From: Vitrella brassicaformis CCMP3155
Lineage: Eukaryota; Protista; Chromerida
DNA: 10,473 nt
Reading direction: 5' to 3'
NCBI GenBank assembly: GCA_001179505.1
Contig: CDMY01000922.1
Coordinates: 1-10,473 of the forward strand
In this document: one piece after another, positions 1 through 7,604 of the stretch
Position numbering within the stretch: position 1 is the first letter of the stretch
Layout: each line of letters starts with the position of its first letter
The notes under the pieces: model-generated
Databases searched by the model: none
The model's input: only the letters and a program-made list of their open reading frames with translations
What the model was told of the DNA's origin: nothing
Made by a program: the position numbers and the translations under genes

Positions 1-225
1 GTCTGGATGGATTCGCTCTCGCTTGTCTATCGCCCTCGTGCGTGCGACTAGCTTCTGTCTGCGTGGGGGAGGGAGGGGAGGGTTTGCGGGACTGGGGTGT
101 GCTGATGGGGCGGGGATTGATCCCTCCTCCCCTTGAGCCTGTTTGACTCTGCGTGCTGATGGGACTGTATTTGTATGAGTATCACGGACACACAGACGAG
201 TATTACGGTTAATGACAGTTTCCCC
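1..225 (+). repeat. Left copy of a long inverted repeat (partner 10150-10374); probably extends beyond the window start
   Basis: Positions 1-225 are the reverse complement of 10374-10150 except at 39 (t vs c) and 202 (a vs g). Identity stops abruptly at 226, where AT-rich coding sequence begins. Confidence 0.97.
65..115 (+). other. Putative G-quadruplex motif inside the inverted repeat (mirrored on the minus strand at 10260-10310)
   Basis: GGGGG-A-GGG-A-GGGG-A-GGG at 65-82, with further G tracts at 88-90, 94-97, 107-110 and 112-115. Matches the G3+N1-7 x4 pattern with 1-nt loops. Confidence 0.6.
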
Positions 226-236
226 AGTTTACTTTT

Positions 237-1308
237 GTGAATACTAAAAAACAAGTGTATAATATAGTTGATATCATAGATGGATTGAAAGCAGGGAACA
301 CATATAAAATTGTCGGGAGCATTTTGTTATTCAAAGACAAATCTTATAATGTATTTAACAATTACGTAGATTTAGTTTTTAATATGAAACAGAAACAAGA
401 TGTTGAAAAGGAAAAGCATAGAAGAAAAGACGAAAATACATATAATCCCGCATTAAGACATTGTGCTAAAATTCTTTTAAATTCACTCTATGAAAAAACA
501 CTGCAAGGAAGCTATAATGAAGAAGAAAAAGAAGTTCGCACGTTGTCTGATTTAAAAAAACTGCTCAAAAGTCATATATGGATTGACTTTATCAATATGG
601 GGGATTTTTATATATTTATTGGTGAGAAAATCGATTTCGCTAATATTACAAAGATGCCTAATCAATTGGAATGCTTCGTTTTGTCTTACTCACGAATGTA
701 TATGAATATGATATTTGATTTAGTTGATGAAGAGCGGTTAAATAAAGATAATCCAGATGTAGAAAAATCAATATCTAATACTCCGTTCTATTCAGATACC
801 GATTGCGTTATTGTTCACGCTTCTTTTCTTGCAAAAGTAGCACATTTACTATATCATCCTTATGATGAAAATAATTTTTGTTCCAAAAGAATTAGGTCAA
901 CTTGAAAACGAAATTGGCGACAATGGAAAAATAATTGCTTTTTATGGCTGTGCCAAAAACTGTTACTGCTATATTGTTCTGACAAAAGAAGGTGAAATTT
1001 ATGCAAAAGTTCGCTCAAAGGGGGCTAACAATGCATACACAAAAGTTCCCTGGTATGCTGAAATAGTGAAAAATGGAAAATCGTATTTAGTACAAGGTGA
1101 AAGCTTGAAGAGAATAAGAGAAACGAAGAAAACGTGGAAAGGCGGAAAACCAGCAGGACACTTACATTTTATAAGTACTGAACATAGCAGAACAATTAGT
1201 AAAATGGATATACCGGTTGATAAGATCGTTATTCAAGATGGTAACGTAATTTTACCATCAGGAATTGATAAAATGTTCTATATACACGACAATGGTTTTA
1301 ACCAATGA
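237..1308 (+). pseudogene. polB: Family B DNA polymerase (protein-primed type), C-terminal part; 5'-truncated and frameshifted at T5 875-879
   Basis: ORF 237-905 has motif B KILLNSLYEKTLQ (canonical KxxxNSxYGK), FVLSYSR and motif C YSDTDC. ORF 862-1308 continues with ELGQLENE, KNCYCY and RSKG (LGxxKxE / KxY / KG). Removing one T from 875-879 joins them as ...DENNFVPKELG... The exonuclease domain and motif A are absent. Confidence 0.9.
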
Positions 1309-2277
1309 GAAAAACGACTTACTTAAAAATTATATTATGAATCAGGTTTTAATAGTAGAGACAGGTTGTATAAAGAAGCAAAACAAAGATTGAATACAAT
1401 CAGCCGAAGCGATGTTAAAGAATTTTTAGATAGACAAAGCATTTACCAACGTATGCATCTATTCAATTCATATATACCTCCTGCTCCGCAATATAACTAC
1501 GAGGCTGATTTAGTTGATTATTCCAATTTTAGTAGATTCAATGAAGGGTACAAATATATATTGAATGTTATTGATACGTTTACAAAGAAAGTCAGCTGTA
1601 TAGGACTTAAAACGAAAAACACAAAAGAAATTATACCTGCTTTTGAAAAAGCTTTTAAAGAATTAGGCGTGCCATCGCAATTTCACAGCGATCTCAAAAG
1701 TGCTTTTATCAGTAAAGAGTTTGAGATAAAAATATTAAGGAAATACGATATTAAACCACTTTACACTCGTGCTCACGCTCATTCTGTTGAACGCTATAAT
1801 CGGACACAGAAAACAATGATACAGAAATATTTTGAGATTAACAAGACAAAGAAATGGATAAACGTTTATCGTCAATTTATGAAAGAATATAATAAAACAG
1901 AACATTCAACTACTGAAAGAAAACCAGAGGAAATCGATGAAAATAATGAGGCTTCTGTGCTTTGGGTATTATTCGATAAAGCTAAAAAAAATGCCAGAAA
2001 ACTACATCCATTAAAAATCGGAGACAAAGTCAGATACAGAATTCAAAAAAGCAAATTTGACAAGGGCTATCTTCCAAACTGGTCTGCCAGAATTGAAGAA
2101 GTAAAAGAGATACACGGCAGATATTTCTATATTACAAATCAGAGGCAAGCATTTTTACGCAATGACTTGCAATATGTTAGAGGAGGAGAAGCTGAAAGTC
2201 AAGAACGAGAAGAGGAGGAAAACACAGAAGAACAACAACCATCATCTGCAAGAGGTCAGCGAAACAAAGTTATCTGA
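1292..2277 (+). pseudogene. Polinton-type DDE (rve) integrase; inferred start ATG 1292, single-base frameshift at A5 1325-1329
   Basis: Motifs: ADLVD..N.GYKYILNVIDTFTK, HSD, SVERYNRTQK (D-D-E), HSTTERKP, and a C-terminal SH3-like KIGDKVRYRIQKSKFDKGYLPNWS. One extra A in the run gives MVLTNEKNDLLKKLYYESGFNSRDRLYKEAK, a typical N-terminus. ORF 1366-2277 is otherwise intact. Confidence 0.88.
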
Positions 2278-2321
2278 CACTGCTGGTTTTATTTATTTGT
2301 AACAATAATTTAATTATATAT

Positions 2322-2630
2322 ATGACAAAAATTAATGATGATTACCATATAAACTTAATTTATGATTATATGCAAAGGACTATTTTAAAAGAGGACTTTA
2401 CTGAAACACAACACCCATTTTTTGGCTCGATATGTAATCCAAATGGACACATTTTTGAATTCAAAACTATAAAAGCGTATTTATGTAAGAAATGTGAGCA
2501 AAAGAGATTTCGGCAATGCAAAAAATGTAATAATCTTTTAAGCATATATGATTTTAAAGTATTTAGACATTCAAAGTATCCTTGTTTCGTGTTCCTGGAT
2601 ATTTGTGATTCTTGCTACTTAAATCAATGA
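2322..2630 (+). CDS. Small Cys-rich (three CxxC) putative zinc-binding protein, virus-like
   Basis: 102 aa with CKKC-x8-CKKC and CDSC. AT-rich upstream spacer. The stop overlaps the next ATG (ATGA 2627-2630). Confidence 0.65.
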   Translation: MTKINDDYHINLIYDYMQRTILKEDFTETQHPFFGSICNPNGHIFEFKTIKAYLCKKCEQKRFRQCKKCNNLLSIYDFKVFRHSKYPCFVFLDICDSCYLNQ

Positions 2631-3241
2631 AAAAATATAGTATGGCAATAAAAATGAATACCGATTGCCCTATTTGTTTTGAACCTCTACCTCGAAAGAA
2701 ATATACTTTTCCATCGTGTAACCATAAATTTTGCAAAAAATGTATTAATGCCCTAATTAAACACGACGAAAAAGACGATGATAAATACTTTTCTATGATC
2801 CATCATCCAAATCTTGAATCGCCAATTACACTTTCCCATAAAGGCTATGGTAAATTTGAATGTCCAATTTGCAAAAACCAATCTTTGACTACCAAAGGAA
2901 AAGGATTTATTAAATTATCTATTAATTTTGCCGATAATTTTGCATATAGTATTATTGAAATATCAGACTTGAAGATTTTGAAGAAAAAACACTACAAGCT
3001 ATATGAACTGTTTGTAGATAAGTTTAATGTAGCAATACTAAAAAATAGAACACTGCATTTCAAAATTGCAGAAGACGAAGAAGTGTTATTTAACTGGTTT
3101 GATGGTGTAAATGAAAAGGAAAAAACAAGACATTACATTGTAATTACACCATTATTAACTGATGACCTAATGATAAATTATGATTACTACGAACAAGAAC
3201 CAATAAGCTTTGTAAATTTTCTTAATGGACGTCTTGATTAA
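2627..3241 (+). CDS. C3HC4 RING-finger protein (putative E3 ubiquitin ligase)
   Basis: CPIC..PSCNHKFCKKC..(long insert)..FECPIC. Likely start at ATG 2627 (ATGA overlap) or the later Met before NTDCPIC. Frame intact to TAA 3239-3241. Confidence 0.8.
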   Translation: MKKYSMAIKMNTDCPICFEPLPRKKYTFPSCNHKFCKKCINALIKHDEKDDDKYFSMIHHPNLESPITLSHKGYGKFECPICKNQSLTTKGKGFIKLSINFADNFAYSIIEISDLKILKKKHYKLYELFVDKFNVAILKNRTLHFKIAEDEEVLFNWFDGVNEKEKTRHYIVITPLLTDDLMINYDYYEQEPISFVNFLNGRLD

Positions 3242-3272
3242 GTATATGAGTATAGCACGTGTGTCTATGATA

Positions 3273-3379
3273 CATTGATGTATGTTGCACGATGCGATGA
3301 CATACGGCAACCAATGCAATGCACGACGATGCATTAATGTTTGTTGCACAATGCAATGACATACAGCAAGCAATGCGAT
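3273..3379. repeat. Two-copy tandem repeat, period 59 bp
   Basis: cattgatgtatgttgcacgatgcgatgacatacggcaaccaatgcaat (3273) vs cattaatgtttgttgcacaatgcaatgacatacagcaagcaatgcgat (3332): 41/48 identical. Confidence 0.85.
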
Positions 3380-3542
3380 ATACAATAAACAATACGCAGA
3401 CAAGATTCAATTGATTGAATTCTGAAAATTGATCACCAAGTGTCTTTTTTTTTACGCAGGCAATTGTCTTTAGTTTCGCAAGAATACATATACTACTCAA
3501 CAACAATACAAACAACAAACGACAGGCAGATGACACATAAAG

Positions 3543-3609
3543 TTAGACAGTACCATATTCAAAGCCCATACAGATGACGCACAAAATTAGACAGCACAAT
3601 ATTCAAAGC
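3543..3609. repeat. Short direct repeat, period 44 bp
   Basis: ttagacagtaccatattcaaagc (3543) vs ttagacagcacaatattcaaagc (3587): 21/23 identical. Confidence 0.75.
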
Positions 3610-3773
3610 GTGAACAATTAAAATTTGAACACGCAATGAATGAATAACAATACGCAACAACACACATTTCGCACGCACGCAGGTATGCACACAATACAAC
3701 ACAGCTTCCCATCCGCCTCTCTTTACCCTTCCCTGAGGCACACGCACTTCCCTCTCACCCTCTTCATCGTGTG

Positions 3774-4827
3774 CTAGCCAAGGCCTTCTTCACACCCCTT
3801 CTCCACGCCCTTCTCGATCGCCTTCTCAATAGTGAGTTTGAGGAATTCAGCGGACATCTCGCCGATCATGTGGGGGCGAGCCAGCGGTGCTTGGTGGCAA
3901 CTGCTGGGCTGGTGGTGCGGTGAGTGAATACTGGTTGGTTTCTGTAGCCTCTAACGCATCCTGATGACCACACACACAGAGAGATGAACTATAGACACTA
4001 TACACTACACACATGTGCTTCTCGCTGTATTCACCTGCATCAGTGTGCCTACCAGTGATGCGGCGATTGATTCGTGGTAGTCGGGAGTGTCCACACACCA
4101 TCCGTACTCGACACGGGCACGCTTGATGATGGTCAGTTGCTGAAAGCACACACACAACACACGGAACACATCCATAAGCACAAAGTGTTTGCTGTGCTGT
4201 GCTTTCTCACCTCGTCAAACGCATCCAACATAGACTTGGCATACACAAAGCCCTTCTTGCCCGTGTGCTTGCTGGGCGTGAAATCCAATACCGACGCAAG
4301 CAGGGGGTTGTCGATCGTCGTCTTCCACTTGCATCGGGATGCTCTATCGTGCCGTTTTTGCTCTTGCCTTCGCTGAGGGGTGCGTGAAAGTGCGGACAGA
4401 ACGTGATGGGCGTAGTTTGACTACCAAGGTCAAGACTGACGGTCTGTTGCCAACCGAGAGGCGGAAATGGCTGACGTTTTGAGCTCATTTCGGCGGAAGA
4501 CACCAGACGGCACTCTGCGAGCTTGAATCTGAGCTTGCAACGCTTTTCTCTCATCGCATCTATCAATTTCTCGTGTCGGTCGGCTTGTACTCAACGTTGT
4601 TTGGTATATTACAGCTTTTCGGAGCTTAATCCTCCCTCTTTTCTCTGTGCAAGCTTCAAGCGTAGCTCGCACCTTCTTTGCTCTCTTTGAACTGAATTCT
4701 TGTAGTTTCTCGCCTCACATCTGCCAGTTTCGCTTGTCGGCTGACGCCTGCTCAACGTTCCCTCTCTATAAGTCCGCTTTCCAAGATCTGCCCCGTACTT
4801 CGACGCCCGCCGTGATGGCGTGGGCAC
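3774..4827 (-). pseudogene. Multi-exon gene of unknown function, probably degraded (exons ~4827-4441, 4372-4211, 4139-4035, 3960-3774)
   Basis: GT-AG introns 4440-4373 (68 nt), 4210-4140 (71 nt) and 4034-3961 (74 nt). The 162-nt and 105-nt internal exons are phase 0-0 and open (…KWKTTIDNPLLASVLDF…DAFDE|QLTIIKRARVEYGW…TLMQ|DALEA…). The last exon either stops at 3847 or, after a shift at the 5-base run 3872-3876, reads on to KAIEKGVEKGCEEGLG*. The 5' part contains stops. Confidence 0.65.
4513..4759 (-). repeat. Diverged internal duplication (4513-4598 vs 4643-4759)
   Basis: Minus-strand translations RCKLRFKLAE vs RCELRLKLAQ and TLSTSRPTREIDRCDERK vs TLSRRQPTSETGRCEARN; many differences are synonymous. 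Confidence 0.7.
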
Positions 4828-5484
4828 ATAACGCCGTCCTTCCCTTCTTCGTGTTGGTGATGGGAATGAAGGCCAAGCTGGTTATTCACCCCCTCTACCA
4901 CAGCAAGAAGATCAACTGCAACACCACCAACTTCCCCAACAACGAATGGGAGGCCGAGGTCAAGAACATCATCGTGAAGGCGATGAGGACGGCGTTGGGC
5001 GATCTCGCCGAGGAGAGCAACAACAGCAAGGACAAGAAGAAGCGGAAGAGCAACACCGGCATAATGAAGGCACAGAACAAGAGATGCAAAATCGAGGGAT
5101 GCGAAGAACCGCTGGCATCAGCGGGCAAAGTGTGTTGTGTCTGCAACATAATGGTGTGCATTAAGCATGGCAACAACAAGGAGTGGGACGGCAACAACGT
5201 AGTGCAGATGATCCTGGACGTGTGCGATGACCAGGGCTGGTTGTCGAGGGGGGCAAATTCATCTGCCTCAACTACATCGTGCCCAAGTTGGAGGAGGTGA
5301 GAAGCCAACAAGGGCAAGGATGAATGCGACAAGGAATGATTACGTGCGTGTATGTGTGTGCTGTCAGGAGTTGAGGATGATTCAGGCCAAAAACGCTGGC
5401 ACCCACTGTCCGCTGGACAAGTCGATGCAGAACCTGATCGACGAGTATGCACCCGAGTACGCTAATAACGATATGGAGAACTAA
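4815..5484 (+). pseudogene. Two-exon gene encoding a Cys/His-rich zinc-finger-like protein; frameshift at G6 5248-5253
   Basis: Strong C/G-ending codon bias from 4815. Basic patch KDKKKRK. C-x4-C-x10-CCxC-x4-CxxH..C pattern. One extra G gives WLSRGGKFICLNYIVPKLEE; intron 5297-5367 (GTGAGA...TGTGTGCTGTCAG, 71 nt) then joins in frame to ELRMIQAK...MEN* (TAA 5482-5484). 5' end uncertain. Confidence 0.65.
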
Positions 5485-5772
5485 ACTGATTAGTTGCGGT
5501 GGTAGTGTATAGGGGAGAGAGATCGGGAGAGGGTGTCGATTAATCGTTCGCTCTGTACGTGTGCATATCTATCTATCTCTCTGTCTGTGTGCTTGCATGT
5601 GTTGATAAATGACGATTGATTGAGAGCTGTGTGCATATGCGAACGAACAAGCGGTCAAAGCTCAAATGAACGATTGATTGATTGCACATTGCTTGTCTAC
5701 TCATCAGTCAACACACACGCATACAAGCAAGCTCCCCCCCTACGCACAGCTACGCATCACTTACGCAACTAC

Positions 5773-6140
5773 TCACTGCCTGTATGGCAACACGAGTATT
5801 GCGTCTGGGTTCTCCTGTCTGCTCTCTTCCTCGTCCACAAATAGAACGCCGACCTTTGCATCAGGCTCATTCTCATGCGCCAAGTTCACCTGAAACAACA
5901 CGGCATCATCCATCCGACGATATGACATGTGAGAATGCTTACCTCGTGAAACGTCAGCTCTGCGATATTGAACAGATGCCCAGCTCTGTCAATTGATGCT
6001 CGCTTGACACGAAATGAAGCCTCATCTCTATCTTCACCTCTCATATGTTGGAGCTCACACGGATGCAGTCGGTAGTACAAACCAAAGGATATGTGGTAAC
6101 CATACAACTGCCACTGCTTTCCCTCCTCATCACGAAAGGA
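5773..6140 (-). CDS. 3' exons of a spliced gene of unknown function (6140-5943, 5889-5773)
   Basis: Acceptor GTGTCCCGCAG at 6141; intron 5942-5890 (GTAAGC...GTTTCAG, 53 nt, phase 0). Joined frame SFRDEEGKQWQLYGY…LTFHE|VNLAHENEPDAKVGVLFVDEEE…LVLPYRQ* is open. Upstream exon not resolved. Confidence 0.55.
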
Positions 6141-6515
6141 CTGCGGGACACGAACTGGTGGCATAGAAGTTGGCAATCAGCACCAACACATATATCAAGC
6201 TCTCATTGGTCAGACGTAGGGTATAGCTCGCAGGGTTTCCGTACGCGAATCGCTTTTTCGCGAGTGAGCTAGGTGTGGAAGTCTTGCATATTCATGCCTC
6301 GCATTCAAGCCTGGCTCATCTCTCTAACCCGCTGAAGCTACTCACGTTCTTTCAACAGACCTCTCTCCCGATTATTCGCCTTCTCCGCTTCCCTGCATCG
6401 CTCTCGGCACCCTCATCGCCCCTCTGACCCGCATCTTCTCTTCTCTTCTCCCGCTCCTGCCATCCCCCGCCACCGACCGCCCCCCGTGGCTCCGCATCTG
6501 CCTGTCTGGCGAGTC

Positions 6516-7582
6516 ATGGCCGAACGCGAGCCTGAACGTGAAGCTGAACCTGAAGTCCGGCACACGAGACACTATTTCAGCGCCGAAGTCAGGGGCGACC
6601 CAAGTGTCGACGACCTGGTCCTGTGCACCTTCGAAGACACAAGGACAGATCGAGCGCTAGCTCGTTTCGGCAAGGTCATCTCCATCACCACCAACTCTGC
6701 TGGTGATGCGGACGAGGACGTATTCCAGATCGAGATCGATGACGTCATCCGCAACGCAGGCATCCCGCGACGTTGCGTCGCCTGCCTACCGGCCTTTTCG
6801 AGGATGAGACGGAGGGCCGTTATACGCGGTCGGGCTGCGAGAGCACGGGATGTGGTAGTTGTGGCGACCAACGCTACTGGTTCGGTCGCTCTGGGACTTA
6901 ACACAAGCGCTATCGTCAGTAGTGCTGCTGCCCCAGATGATGCGGACCCACACAAACGATGTCACAACCATGGATACATGTGTGGTGTTGTCGAATGCAG
7001 GCACGGCAGGAGCTGCGGCAACGACAAGTGGCCTCGCGGCGATTGGACAGGCGACAGGGCTCGCGGCGATTGGACGGGCGATAGGGTTTACGTCCATGTC
7101 TGGAGGCGTCATGGCGACCACCTTCGCTTCAGCGATGCTGATGGTCAATGCTATCAGCTCAGGTGTCAGGCGTGCGACTGATGATGACAGGACAGCGAAC
7201 ATCACTTATGTCGGGGGAATAGGCGGGGCAGCTGCAGCTGCTTATGGCGGCGCGACGCTCGTCTCTGCAAGTGAGAAAAGATGATAACGCTACTGGTCGT
7301 ACGGTCAAAAGCAAGCTGTGCTTGTGTCAAATGTGCACTGCAGGCCCGGCGGGCATCACGTATGGGCTGGCCGCTCTTGGCGGTGGGTCCATTGCATCGA
7401 GTGGCGCGGGGATGCTGGCTGGCCTGACTGTTCTCACCAGCGGCACTGTGGCCATTGCAGCAGGCGCTAGTGTTGCCTTCTGGGGGCTGACCGAAGCGGC
7501 CATATACCGGATCGAAAGGGACTTGAGGCAAGACATCAGGCGTCTGCAGAGTTTGGGGGTGATCTTCCCAGAGGGCATATGA
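6516..7582 (+). CDS. Three-exon gene: N-terminal beta-rich (SH3/Tudor-like?) segment plus two Gly/Ala-rich glycine-zipper hydrophobic repeats; putative membrane protein
   Basis: ATG 6516 in GTCATGG after a pyrimidine-rich leader. Intron ~6915/6919-7000 (ends TGCAG; donor uncertain). Intron 7271-7343 (GTGAG...TGCAG, 73 nt) joins GGATLVSA-S-PAGITYGLAALGGG exactly in frame. Repeated motif AxxTxGLAAxG...M..G. Stop TGA 7580-7582. Confidence 0.7.
7033..7086 (+). repeat. In-frame 27-bp tandem duplication
   Basis: ctcgcggcgattggacaggcgacaggg / ctcgcggcgattggacgggcgataggg (2 mismatches); encodes GLAAIGQAT / GLAAIGRAI. Confidence 0.9.
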
Positions 7583-7604
7583 GCGAAGAGGTCCCTGGTT
7601 TTAC

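Larger units (their letters stand above)
226..3241 (+). mobile_element. Partial Polinton/Maverick-like (or polinton-like virus/virophage) element: pPolB fragment + rve integrase + Cys-rich ORF + RING ORF
   Basis: Sharp AT-rich island (sampled line 421-480 is 17/60 GC; line 4921-4980 is 32/60). Genes are intronless, co-oriented and overlapping. PolB next to a retroviral-type integrase is the diagnostic Polinton/mavirus pairing. No capsid, ATPase or protease gene recognised. Confidence 0.85.

Noticed and set aside
48-254. 68-aa minus ORF and its mirror 10052-10327 sharing LSLTVxLVCVSV...ADRS
   Set aside because: The identity is just the DNA inverted repeat; low-complexity Pro/His/Gln content, no motif.
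1319-1332. Programmed ribosomal frameshifting at the integrase or PolB breaks
   Set aside because: Neither site has a canonical X_XXY_YYZ slippery heptamer or an evident stimulatory structure, and these genes are normally single ORFs.
3492-3497. ACTACT, the canonical Polinton 3' terminal hexamer
   Set aside because: A 6-mer is expected by chance and it also occurs near 5768-5773; no matching TIR or TSD is visible.
3167-3747. Minus-strand ORFs 3167-3403, 3222-3536 and 3559-3747
   Set aside because: They overlap tandem repeats and CA-rich spacer; composition reflects low complexity rather than coding bias.
3774-3850. IEKAIEKGVEKG as the tail of a bacterial Rpn/PD-(D/E)XK protein
   Set aside because: The motif is short and low-complexity, no nuclease motifs occur upstream, and it lies in a spliced eukaryotic gene.
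6572-7578. Minus-strand ORFs 6572-6955, 6786-7205, 7202-7531 and 7327-7578
   Set aside because: Antisense shadows of the GC-rich plus-strand glycine-zipper gene.
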